A DNA stretch of 64,000 nt from an uncultured delta proteobacterium (lineage in GTDB: Bacteria > Desulfobacterota > Binatia > UBA9968). The position numbers and the translations under genes are program-made. How positions within the stretch are numbered: the first letter of the stretch is position 1; each line of letters starts with the position of its first letter. Under the pieces are notes generated by a model. It was given only the letters and a program-made list of their open reading frames with translations. It had not been told where the DNA came from and did not search any database. The DNA is taken from NCBI GenBank assembly GCA_963727625.1, contig CAVSHR010000002.1, positions 736,001-800,000 on the forward strand, written 5' to 3'. Positions 28,500 through 38,900 of the stretch are shown here, piece after piece.

Positions 28500-29546
28500 A
28501 TGGCCATGAAATCGCTTTCGCGAGCGATGCTGCTGGGCTTGGCGATCCTGACTTTGTCGCTGTCATCGACGGTTCGCGCCGATGATTTCTACGCCGGTAA
28601 AACGATCCGCTTCATCGTCGGCTTCGCCGCCGGCGGCGGATATGACGCCTACACGCGCAACGTCGCGCGTTACATCGGCCGCTACATACCGGGGCATCCT
28701 TCGACCGTGGTCGAGAATATGGACGGAGCGGGCAGTGTCATCGCGGTCAACTATACCTACAACAAGGCGTCGCGGGACGGCTTAACCGTCGGCATCTTCG
28801 ACTCGCACAATGTGTTCAACAATATGATGGGCGATCCCAGCATCCGTATCGACGGCCGCAAGTTCGGCTGGATCGGTACCCCGAGCAAAGACTCGGTCGC
28901 CTGCGCGATCATGGGATTCACGGGGCTCAAGTCGTGGGAGGACATCCTCAAGTCGAAAAAGCGGCTGCGCATGGGCGCCACCCGAGGCGGCAACACTGTG
29001 CAGTTGCCGGAGATGATGAACCGCTGGGGCGGCGCCCATTTTGAAATTATTCCGGGCTACGGCGGCACCTCGAAGATTCGCTTGGCGATGCGGTCGAAAG
29101 AAGTCGACGGCGGCTGCTGGACATGGGATTCCATGCGCTCGACCGCGCGCTCGATGATCGACGCCAAGGGCGACGACCAACTGATCCCGTTTATTATCGG
29201 CGACCGCTGGGAGGATCCGGAAGTCAAAAATATTCAGCTCTTTCGCGACATCATCAAGGACCCGGGCAACTTGACGGCGTTCAACGTCTGGAACTCGGCT
29301 AATGATTTCGCCCGGCCCTTCGCGCTGCCCCCCGGAACAGCCAAGGAAGCTCTTAACATCCTTCGAAAAGCCTTCAAAGCAACTGTAGAAGACAAGAACT
29401 ATATCGCCGATTCTAAGAAATCTAAGCTGACGGTCGATTACATCTCAGGAGAACAGGTCGAAAACTTCGTGGAGCAAATTTATTCGGCTACTCCGGACGT
29501 GAAAAAGCGGCTGAGCTTCACGGTGAAAAAACGCAAAACCTCCTGA
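28500..29546 (+). CDS. tctC: TctC/Bug family substrate-binding protein
   Basis: DFYAGKTIRFIVGFAAGGGYD, NMDGAGS, GYGGT. Confidence 0.9.
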   Translation: MAMKSLSRAMLLGLAILTLSLSSTVRADDFYAGKTIRFIVGFAAGGGYDAYTRNVARYIGRYIPGHPSTVVENMDGAGSVIAVNYTYNKASRDGLTVGIFDSHNVFNNMMGDPSIRIDGRKFGWIGTPSKDSVACAIMGFTGLKSWEDILKSKKRLRMGATRGGNTVQLPEMMNRWGGAHFEIIPGYGGTSKIRLAMRSKEVDGGCWTWDSMRSTARSMIDAKGDDQLIPFIIGDRWEDPEVKNIQLFRDIIKDPGNLTAFNVWNSANDFARPFALPPGTAKEALNILRKAFKATVEDKNYIADSKKSKLTVDYISGEQVENFVEQIYSATPDVKKRLSFTVKKRKTS

Positions 29547-29557
29547 GGGGATAGATC

Positions 29558-31675
29558 ATGGAATATCTGCACGCATTTAGTCAGGGGCTCATCAACATCC
29601 TGCCTTATTTGACGCCGCATGGAACCGAAACTTTTCTCTACATGACGCTCGGGATGGCGATCGGTTTTTGTGTCGGCATTCTCCCCGGTCTGGGGGGCGC
29701 GACGACGTTGGCGCTGATGCTGCCATTTATTTACAACATGGACCCGACTACGGCATTTGCCTTCCTCTTGGGCTCCAACGCCGTCACCGCCACCACTGGG
29801 GATGTTACCTCGATTCTCTTCGGAGTCCCGGGTGAAGGCATATCCGCCGCGCTGGTTGTCGATGGCCATCCCATGGCGAAAAGCGGCCAAGCCGGCCGCG
29901 CACTGGGGGCGTCTCTGTCGAGCTCACTGATCGGAGCGATTTTTGGCGCGTTCGTGCTTGCGCTGGCGATTCCCATCGTCAGTCCCCTGGTTCTCTCGAT
30001 CGGTTCGGCGGAATTTTTCATGCTCGGCATCCTGGGCATCACTTTTATCGGCTCTCTTAGTGGCGAGAATGTCCCAAAGGGGTTGCTCGGCGGCGGTCTC
30101 GGTTTGGTATTGGCTATGGTAGGGCTGGACCCGATCGAAAGCGTGCCTCGATTCACTCTTACAGGCCTACTGGGCGAAGATAACTCGCTCTTTCTGTGGG
30201 ATGGCGTTTCACTGATAAGCGCGACTATCGGGCTTTTCGCCATTCCGGAAATCATCGACTTGGCAGTGCAGGGAACGAGCATCGCACGCGAGGGCGCTTC
30301 ATCCAAGGTTAGCGGAGTGCTGCAAGGGGTCAAGGACGTTTTCCATCACTGGAGGCTCGTACTTCGTTGCAGCACGATCGGCGCCTACATCGGTCTGATT
30401 CCCGGCATGGGCGGTGGACCGGCGCAGTGGCTCGCCTACGCTCACGCCGTGCAAAGTTCGCCGGACAAAGAACGCTTCGGCAAGGGCGACGTGCGCGGCA
30501 TCATTGGTCCAGGTTCCGCCAACAACTCCAAGGAAGGCGGCTCGTTGATTCCGACACTCGCCTTCGGTGTGCCGGGCAGCGTTTCCATGGCGATTCTATT
30601 GGGAGCCTTTATTATTCAGGGCATCGTGCCGGGCCCGGATTTATTGAACCCGGCAAAGCATCTTACCCTGACTTTCTCGTTTGTCTGGATCATCGTGGTC
30701 ACTAACATCATGACCGTGCTGATCTGCCTGATGATTATCAATCAGCTCGCCAAGGTCACCTTCGTCAAAGGGACTTATCTGATCCCGTTTCTGCTCTTTC
30801 TGGTTTACCTCGGCGGTTTTGCCGAGAAGAATAATCCTGCCGACATGCTGCTGGTGGTCATCTTTGGCGCGATCGGCTGGCTCATGATCAAATTTGATTG
30901 GTCGCGTCCGGCGCTCCTGCTCGGTTTGGTTCTGGGCGGAATCATGGAAAATAATTTCTTCATTGCCAGCCGCATCTACGGCTATAGCTGGCTCCGGCAC
31001 CCGGGTGTTTTAGTCATCATAGCCATAATTTTTGCCGGGCTTGCGTTCCCCTATTTGAAGGCATGGTTCCAGCGTTACCGCGCCGGCGACGGCGGATCCG
31101 GTGCTGAAACGAAAGCCGCCGTGTCCACCAGGACCGAAGCGCTATCCCGGGGTACTCGCATGGGCCAAAGCCTATTTGCGCTATTCATTCTCGGCATTTT
31201 TGCTTACGTCGTCTATCAGGCGAAATTTGGCTTCGGCGAGTTCGAGCCGCGCGCGGGGCTGTTTCCGTGGGTGGTCGGCTTGCCCTGCCTGCTGGTCGCG
31301 ATCTATGTATTTTTTAAGGATTCTTTGCAATCAACCCGTCAAGTTAAAGTGGTGGAATCGGCGCTTTACGTGGAACCGGAGATTGAGCCTATCATTGAAC
31401 GCCAAAGAACCATTGCCATCAGTTGTTGGATCGTCGGCTTTTTCCTGGCGATCTGGATATTGGGCTTTATCCCGGCGTCCGCCATAGCTACCTTTCTTTA
31501 TTTAAAATTTGGCGCGGGGGAAAAATGGCCCATCTCATTGGCGCTGGCTGTCGCGTGCTGGGCGTTCTTTTTCGGCCTGTTCGATTACACGCTGCAGTTG
31601 CCGTTTCCAAGCGGCATAGTTTTTGACTGGCTGCCCGTGGGTGTCGCGCATCTTCCACGTTCGATTTTCGGTTGA
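29558..31675 (+). CDS. tctA: Fused TctA-TctB tripartite tricarboxylate transporter permease
   Basis: About 500 aa of TctA motifs (GILPGLG, DGHPMAK, ANNS, AFGVPGS), a GDGGSG linker, then a TctB-like domain (GLFPWVVG...LQLPFP) similar to 12500-13015. Confidence 0.9.
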   Translation: MEYLHAFSQGLINILPYLTPHGTETFLYMTLGMAIGFCVGILPGLGGATTLALMLPFIYNMDPTTAFAFLLGSNAVTATTGDVTSILFGVPGEGISAALVVDGHPMAKSGQAGRALGASLSSSLIGAIFGAFVLALAIPIVSPLVLSIGSAEFFMLGILGITFIGSLSGENVPKGLLGGGLGLVLAMVGLDPIESVPRFTLTGLLGEDNSLFLWDGVSLISATIGLFAIPEIIDLAVQGTSIAREGASSKVSGVLQGVKDVFHHWRLVLRCSTIGAYIGLIPGMGGGPAQWLAYAHAVQSSPDKERFGKGDVRGIIGPGSANNSKEGGSLIPTLAFGVPGSVSMAILLGAFIIQGIVPGPDLLNPAKHLTLTFSFVWIIVVTNIMTVLICLMIINQLAKVTFVKGTYLIPFLLFLVYLGGFAEKNNPADMLLVVIFGAIGWLMIKFDWSRPALLLGLVLGGIMENNFFIASRIYGYSWLRHPGVLVIIAIIFAGLAFPYLKAWFQRYRAGDGGSGAETKAAVSTRTEALSRGTRMGQSLFALFILGIFAYVVYQAKFGFGEFEPRAGLFPWVVGLPCLLVAIYVFFKDSLQSTRQVKVVESALYVEPEIEPIIERQRTIAISCWIVGFFLAIWILGFIPASAIATFLYLKFGAGEKWPISLALAVACWAFFFGLFDYTLQLPFPSGIVFDWLPVGVAHLPRSIFG

Positions 31676-31801
31676 CGAACTGCGTTGTAAACCGGCCGCT
31701 TGCGTCGCCTGAATTCAGCTTGCTTTGTTCGCATAGGCACGAACGGAAATTCGCAGACTGGCTTTAGAAAAAAATCAGCGGACGCCGAAAGACGAGGAGT
31801 C

Positions 31802-32845
31802 ATGAGATTTGACCGGGTGTTTCTGCTGAGTGTCGTATTGCTGCTGGGAAGCCAACCGCTTCTCCGTGCGGCGCAACAACCGTTTTACCAGGGCAAGACG
31901 ATCAAAGTCGTCGTGGGATTTACCTCCGGCGGTTTTTACGATCGCTGGTCGCGTCTGCTGGCGCGCTTTGTGCCGAAGTATCTGCCCGGCCATCCGGAAA
32001 TGATCGTACAGAACATGCCGGGCGCCGGCGGGCTGATCACCGCCAATCACGTCTACACCGTGGCGAAACCGGATGGGTTGACCGTCGGAATGACGTCCTA
32101 CGGCATGTACTTGGACCAATTGGTCGGCCGCAAGGAAGTCCAGTACGACGTGCGCAAGTTCAATTGGATTGGCTCGCCGGAAAAAAGCGACGTCCTGCTC
32201 TACATGCGCGCCGACGCGCCGTACAAATCCATCGAGGACATCCGCAAGGCGAGCACGCCTCCCAAGTGCGGCTCCACGGGAACTGCGGGCACAGACTTCA
32301 TTTTGGCGCGCCTGCTCGAAGAGACCCTAGACGCGAAGATCGACTCCGTGTTGGGTTATCCGGGCGGGAGCGAGATCGATTTAGCGGTGGAAAAGGGCGA
32401 GGTCCAATGTCGCGGCTTGACCGCTGCGCCGTTTATCGGACGGGAGCCGTTCATTTCCTGGCGCAAAAGAAATTTCGTCAATGTATTGATTTATGGCGGC
32501 CTGAAACGCGACCCGCGGATCCCCGATACACCTACGATCTACGAAATTTTTGACAAATTAAAAACTCCGGAAGAGAGCCGGCGCGTCGCCGACGTCATTC
32601 TGCGCGGAGGGGACTTCGGTCGCCCCTGGGTCATGCCGCCGGCAACGCCGCCGCAGGTCGTCAAGACCATGCGCGCCGCCTACGCGAAGGCGATGGCGGA
32701 ACCAGCTCTGCTCGACGAAGCCAAGAAAGGCAAGTTGGAGGTCGAGTATGTCCCCGGCGAAGAATTGCAACAGCTGGCCAATAAGATGCTCAGCCAACCG
32801 CCGAGCGTGGTCGCGCGGGTGAAGAAGTTACTGGCAAGAAAATAA
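31802..32845 (+). CDS. tctC: TctC/Bug family substrate-binding protein
   Basis: GAGGAG RBS; PFYQGKTIKVVVGFTSGGFYD, NMPGAGG, GYPGG. Confidence 0.9.
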   Translation: MRFDRVFLLSVVLLLGSQPLLRAAQQPFYQGKTIKVVVGFTSGGFYDRWSRLLARFVPKYLPGHPEMIVQNMPGAGGLITANHVYTVAKPDGLTVGMTSYGMYLDQLVGRKEVQYDVRKFNWIGSPEKSDVLLYMRADAPYKSIEDIRKASTPPKCGSTGTAGTDFILARLLEETLDAKIDSVLGYPGGSEIDLAVEKGEVQCRGLTAAPFIGREPFISWRKRNFVNVLIYGGLKRDPRIPDTPTIYEIFDKLKTPEESRRVADVILRGGDFGRPWVMPPATPPQVVKTMRAAYAKAMAEPALLDEAKKGKLEVEYVPGEELQQLANKMLSQPPSVVARVKKLLARK

Positions 32846-33041
32846 ACACAACATCGGCATCATGTCTACCGCACCAACCAGGCGGGCAGAAACCTGGCGA
32901 CGCTGGTGCTCGGGTGCGGTGGCCTTCAGCTTTTCCTGCGGCAGCGGTTTGTGGGCCGCTGCTGTTTTCCAGCAAGCGGCTCATCGCTACAGCCTCAACG
33001 AGTAGGAACCGGTTCAATTTTTGTTTGAGGAGGTGACACCT

Positions 33042-34019
33042 ATGAATTTTAAGGTTCTGTTGGCAATGCTCACGCTACTGCTCGGCGTCACGCTGTGTGC
33101 TCACGCCGGGGAGAAATTTTCATTTCCGGTTTCGGCCTCTTCGAAGGTGTTAGGTTACGCCCCTCTCTGGGCAGCGGATAAGCGGGGGTTTTTTGATCGG
33201 GAGGGGCTAGATGTTCAGGTCACGGTGACGCGCGGCACCTCGCCCAGCATGCAGGCGTTGGTCGCCGAGTCGATTCACGCCGCCCTCTCGGCGAACGACG
33301 GACCCATCGGCTTGATCGAAAAAGGCGTGGACTTGGCGATGATCGCCGGCGGCAGCAAGACCACCCATATGATTCTGGGCGGCAAGAACATTAAGACCTT
33401 CGAAGATTTGCGCGGCGCGACCATCGGCTCATCGACCTTGACATCGGGGACGGCGTTTTTATTGCGCCGGGTGCTGAAAGTCAAGGGGTTGGAATATCCC
33501 AAAGACTATACCCTTGTGAGCGTCGGCGGCAGCGGGCCATCGCTCATGGCTCTGAGCGCCGGGAGAATCGACGCCAGTATTCTCGCCGTGCCGCTCAATT
33601 TCAAAGCGCAAAAAATGGGCTTCAATTTGATCGGCAAAGTTACCGATGTGTTTCCGAATTATCTGCTGTCGACCTTTTCGGTGCGGCGTGAGTGGGCGAC
33701 GGCGCATCGCAGAGAAGTGGTGCAGTTTTTGAAGGGCTTGCTGCACGCACGGCGCTGGCTGGAAGAAGATCGTTCCGACGCCGTGGTTTTTTTGGCCGAA
33801 GACTTAAAAATGAAACCGGCGTTGGCGCGCCAAGGACTCGACTATTATATAGAGCACCGCGCCTGGGAGCCCGATCTCAGTATCGACCTCGACGGGCTCA
33901 AGACGGTGCTCGAAGTCTACGCGGAGCAGGCCGGAACGGCGGGACCGGCGCCAAGTCCGGAGAAGTACGTCGATTCAAGTTATTTGAACGACGCGTTGAA
34001 GGAATTGGGTTGGCGCTGA
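33042..34019 (+). CDS. NitT/TauT family ABC substrate-binding protein
   Basis: GGAGG RBS; signal peptide; GFFDREGLDV, DLRGATIG. Confidence 0.9.
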   Translation: MNFKVLLAMLTLLLGVTLCAHAGEKFSFPVSASSKVLGYAPLWAADKRGFFDREGLDVQVTVTRGTSPSMQALVAESIHAALSANDGPIGLIEKGVDLAMIAGGSKTTHMILGGKNIKTFEDLRGATIGSSTLTSGTAFLLRRVLKVKGLEYPKDYTLVSVGGSGPSLMALSAGRIDASILAVPLNFKAQKMGFNLIGKVTDVFPNYLLSTFSVRREWATAHRREVVQFLKGLLHARRWLEEDRSDAVVFLAEDLKMKPALARQGLDYYIEHRAWEPDLSIDLDGLKTVLEVYAEQAGTAGPAPSPEKYVDSSYLNDALKELGWR

Positions 34020-34099
34020 CCCGTGCGCCCGCTGAGCGCGGGAAAATTTCGATCACATTAAAACCGCTTTGAACCGAAGTAGGTGTCGCACCAGTCCGA

Positions 34100-34121
34100 G
34101 ACCTGGTTCGCGAACCAGGTC
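34100..34121. repeat. Perfect 22-bp palindrome upstream of pal
   Basis: GACCTGGTTCG|CGAACCAGGTC. Confidence 0.7.
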
Positions 34122-34211
34122 GGTTTTGGCAGCATGACAAAAACGGCGCCGCGTCAAGCGGCCAGCAAGCTTAACAGCCGCGTGGACGACCACGGCCTAA
34201 GGAGAACGCAA

Positions 34212-34802
34212 ATGTTGAATATAAAACGGATGGACCAGATTCTCTTTGCCTGCTCTTTGTTGGCGGCAGCCGGATTAATGGCCTGCTCGAGCGCCGATTC
34301 GACAAAGGCGGGCATGAGTTCGGCGTCGACGCGAACGGCGCAAGGCAGGTCGAATAGAAAACAGCCGAGCTCGGCGATCCGCAATGCGCAGACCCCGTCG
34401 CAATCAAGCCTGGATGCTTTACGGCGCGGCCAGTCGCCAACTACTGCGCCGGGCAGTGCTCTGAAAGAAATCTACTTTGACTTCGATCGTTATGATCTTT
34501 CCAGCGACGCGCGCGCTACTTTAAAAGGTTCCGGCGATTGGCTGAGGAGCAACCTGTCGGTGCGGGTCGAGATCGAAGGCCACTGCGACGAGCGCGGCAC
34601 CAGCGAATATAATTTGGCTTTGGGCGCCAAACGGGCGCAGGCAGCGAAAGACTATCTGGTCTCCCTAGGTGTTACACCCGGCCGTCTGTCGACGGTCAGT
34701 TACGGCGAGGAAATTCCGGTTTGCCGGGAACATAACGAGAGCTGCTGGTCGAAGAATCGCCGCGACCGGTTCGTCGCTTTAAACGCCAAGCCCGGGGTTT
34801 AG
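34212..34802 (+). CDS. pal: Peptidoglycan-associated lipoprotein Pal (OmpA-like)
   Basis: Lipobox LMAC; IYFDFD, EGHCDERGTSEYNLALGAKRA, SYGEE, NRR. Confidence 0.9.
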   Translation: MLNIKRMDQILFACSLLAAAGLMACSSADSTKAGMSSASTRTAQGRSNRKQPSSAIRNAQTPSQSSLDALRRGQSPTTAPGSALKEIYFDFDRYDLSSDARATLKGSGDWLRSNLSVRVEIEGHCDERGTSEYNLALGAKRAQAAKDYLVSLGVTPGRLSTVSYGEEIPVCREHNESCWSKNRRDRFVALNAKPGV

Positions 34803-34932
34803 CAACCGAAAAGTCCGCTTGCCTCAGCGCTTCTTTGACAATCGGTTAGCGCTTCTCTGCGCTCCACCGACTCGGTTTGGCCATCTCTTCCTCCCGGCTG
34901 ATTCCCTCAGCCTATCTATGGCCAAATAACTC

Positions 34933-35169
34933 TCATTTATCTAGTGTTCCGAATTTGGTATGACACGACGTCCACTCGACGGATCCGAGTTGAGCAAGCG
35001 ATTGGCGCAGGCCTTCCAGCATCGGTCCGAAGCCTCCTCCAGAGGTGAGCACGGCAATGCAACGGACGGCCGTCGATTGTGCCGACGAAGAACCAACGAG
35101 CAATAGAGCGAGGGCAATCGGCAAGAGCAGAGGGCTCAATGCTCGCTTAATGGAACTGATTCGTTTCAT
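34933..35169 (-). pseudogene. N-terminal fragment of an ABC-type substrate-binding protein
   Basis: Signal peptide, then RCIAVLTSGG...EGLRQSLAQLGSVE (like RIGVL...GLRELGYVEG); ends after ~78 aa. Confidence 0.5.
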
Positions 35170-35409
35170 TTTCCATCCGCTTTTATTAGCGAAGCAAAGC
35201 GGCAACCCAATAAAAAGAATTCACCACAGGAGGGTCAGAGTGCTTGGAGTCTGGATATTTCCCGATAACGAACTCCTTCCTCCCTGTGCTTCGCTCGTCG
35301 GTGGTGAGTTACTCTTCTGGACCGATTCAATCGGACTAGCCACTGCAAATTTGCCGATGCCGCGAAAAGAGTACGGAGGGATACTTTTGCTCGATGCTTG
35401 GCGCGTTGC

Positions 35410-35565
35410 GGAGGAGCCGCGGATCCTCGTTCCGCAGCAGAATATCGCCAGCGAGGTCCTTTCCGGTGATGGAAGATTCTCTAGAACTTCGAGGACGTTG
35501 GCCAGGAAGTCCGTCGTTTCCAGAGTTTTACCGATGACGGAGCTGTCGAAAGGTTTTGCCGCCAT
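35410..35565 (-). pseudogene. Degenerate N-terminal remnant of a PAS sensor gene
   Basis: MAAKPFDSSVIG...DFLANVLE, a frameshift, then SSRESSITGKDLAGDILLRNE, resembling PAS starts of the SSTEYSIIGKDLDG.ILLWNEG type. Confidence 0.45.
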
Positions 35566-35934
35566 ACCAGTTCCGGTTATCGATGCTCGTTCATCGTCCT
35601 GCCGTGTCGAGGCATCCATTCGCTAAACAACGTGTTATGAAACCACACTGGTTATCGTTAATGATTTTTCCCATTAATATTTTATGCGCTCTCTTAGCCG
35701 GAGTTCTGTCCAATATTGGACAATTTAGAAAACAATTATCGGCCGATCGGTACACCGGTGATGGGGCGCCTTCGAGATTGGCTGGGGTCGAGCCACAAAC
35801 TTTGCGAGCTCTTCGAAGGACCGAGCGGTCCCGCTCCTCCCTCGCTTAGCAGAGCGGCCCCGGCGAGCGTGAGCGACTCGCGATTGTCGTCAACACCAAG
35901 GATCTTCGGTAAATTATCCGGCGCGATGCTGGAC

Positions 35935-38900
35935 CTATTCATGGCGGCGACATGGATAGCCTAAACGATCGGCTTCCGAAACCGGAAGGGTCAGTGTGAA
36001 TGTCGAGCCTTTACCTAACTCGCTTTCGACGACAATCTCTCCGGCTAAAAGCTCGGCATATTTTTTTGCGATGTACAGACCCAAGCCCGTGCCCTCGTAC
36101 GCCCGCGTGGTCGAGCTGTCGGCTTGCCGAAATAACTCGAAGATAAAGGGTAGTTGTTCTTGGGTGATGCCGATGCCGGTATCGGAGACTTTAAATTCCA
36201 TAAACGGCATAGCGTTAAGGGCAAAGCGCTCAGAGCCAGACTCCTCGCGCTCGACGCTTGACTCGTTGTCGTGCGCCAGCTGCGCCGAGATGGTAACCGC
36301 GCCATGCTCGGTAAATTTGATTGCGTTGTCGATGAGATTTTTCAAGATGCGTTGAAGCTTTTCGTAATCGGTGATCAGAGGGGGGATATTGTCCGGTGCT
36401 CGCCAGATCATGGTGAGTTCTTTTCGCGGTGACGAGCCATACACCGCCTGCAATTCTTGGAATATCCCGCTAATACTGACCGGCTGTTTCGTGACACCGA
36501 TTGACCCCGACTCGATCTGAGTTGCTTCCATGATCGAGTTGATCTTGCCGAGCAAGGCCTTGGCTTGGGTATCGATCTTCTGCACCGCTTGGCGGTGCTG
36601 ATCATTCGCTTCGCTTGCGCAATCGTCTTTCTCGAGACCGGCGTAGCCCATGATGATGTTAAGCGGCGTGCGCAGCTCGTGGGATATGATGCTGAGAAAT
36701 TCGGATTTTACTTTGTTCGATGTCTGCAGATCCGCGTATAAACGCGAGCTCTCGATTGCAATGGCGGCGCCGCTGGCCATTTGCTCGAAGAGGTCGATCT
36801 CTTGGGCGGTGAACGTCCGCGGTGCCTTGGACATAGCGCGGATCACGGCCATGACCTCGCCGCTCTTCGACAGCAGCGGAGCGGCGAGAAACCCGCGCGT
36901 GCCAAACATAGTGGCAACTCGGCCAGGCGTGAAATCCTCTCGTTCCCGATAATCTTCTATGGCGATGGGTTTGCGGTTTTTGATCACCCATTCGGTTGCA
37001 CCGCCGTGAAACCGACCTTCGGAAAAGCGTTGAATATGGTTCTGGCTGGCTACGGTGATGTTGGACCATTTCTCGCCGGCCAGAAAGCGCACATCGGAGA
37101 CATCGACTTTAAAGACTTCACAGATTGTGCGGGTGAGCTTCTTCAGCAGCGTGTCGGCATCCATTTTGGTGATGTCCTGGTTCAGCTCTTTCAAAATGCG
37201 CTGGATGCGTTCCCTCTCGGCTAGCTCCTCTCGTTGCCTCTTCGCGGACTCGTAAAGCTGGGAGTTCTGGATCGCGACCGCAGCTTGGCTGGCTAGGGTT
37301 TCGAGGAAGTCTATCTCATCGTCGTCGAAGTCGTGTTTTTCTTTGGTGTAAAGACCTAGAACCCCCAGAGTTTCGCCTTGTGCGATGAGTGGAACCCCGA
37401 TGTGGGAGGAAAATCCCAAATTGCGGTAGATCTCGGGGTTATTTTCATCTGGGATCGATTGAATATCTAGCACCGCTATCGGCGCCCGTTTTTCGACCAC
37501 GCGCTTGGCCCAGCTCGAGGGATGATGACGCTGCCGCGTGCGCCATTCCTCCGCGTTCATTCCGCGGCATGCAAACGGATCCAGCTCACCGGTCTCAAGG
37601 TTGAGCAGATTAACCGTGCTCGCTGCCGCAATCGGCACGAACAACTCGATTTTCTCCAATAGGACTTCTAACCTTGGTCCGAGATCTAGAGAAGAAGTGA
37701 TGGCAAGATCAATCTCGTGAAGCGCCCGGATGCGTTCGAGGTTGTGCTGGGTTTGTTCGTAGAGTTCAGCTTTCTGGATCGCCAGCGCCGCATGGCACGC
37801 CAAGGCTTCGAGCAGAGAACTCTCAGCCGGCTCGATAATTCGTCTCGTGCGGCTGCCCAACTGAATAATGCCGAGAATTTGTTCGTCGGTGTAGATTGGA
37901 ACCATGACCGCGGTAAGGACGCGCTCTTTTTTGAATGAGCCCCAGCCTTGAGATTCGGGGATGTTCTCTGCCAGCACGATTTTCCGGCTGGAGAGCGCCC
38001 GGCGCAAATTTACGCCAACGGACTGCTGCGTGAGGTCAATGGTCGCATACTCGATATTGCCGCTATTCGAATATCCTTTCGTGGCTGCGGCGTTTAGGGA
38101 TCTGGTTTTCGGGTCGAGGAGACGGATGACGCCGATATCGTAGGCGCCGACCGTGAACGCCTTGTCAAGAAAGTCTTCCAATACTTGTTGCAGATCGAGA
38201 GTGTTTAAAGTGTTTCGGCTGAGGTCATACAGAGTTTGGAGTTCCCGCTGGCGCGCCTTTTGCATTTCCTCGCTCCGCTTGCTTTCAGTGATATCTTCGG
38301 CGATACCGACGATACGCAACACCGCACCGGAAGCATCTTTGACCGGATAGGCGCGTGAGCGCAGCCATCTCAAGGCGCCGTCGGGCCGTACGATGCGGAA
38401 TTCTTCATCAAGATTTTCGGTGTTACTCCGGTAGGCATTCTCCACGCGAGCACGGTCCTCTGGATGGACGTCCTCCAGCCACGCTTGCGGATCGCGGTAA
38501 ACACTTTCGCAGGTTCGACCGCTGATCTGTTCGTAAGCCGAGCTTACATAATGAAACGGGAAACCTCTTGGGCCGCTAATGTAAAATATATCCCGGATGT
38601 TTTCCGCTATTTCACGGAAACGTTCCTCGCTGCCTTTTAGCTCGTCCTCCATTGTTTTGCGTTCGATCGCGCCGGCGACAGCCTTGGCGATGGACTCCAT
38701 GGCGGCCAAAGTGTTTTGCCCAAGCGGCTTGCGCGCAAACATCGCTATAACGCCGACCAGACGATCTTCGAGGACAAGCGGATAACCGGCGAAGGCAACC
38801 ATGCCCTCGCGCGTCGCCCATTCTTGATCGTGCACGCGAGCATCCCCGATGACGTTATTGGTCAGGTGCGGTTTTCGCTTGGAGGCGATGAGACCGATCG

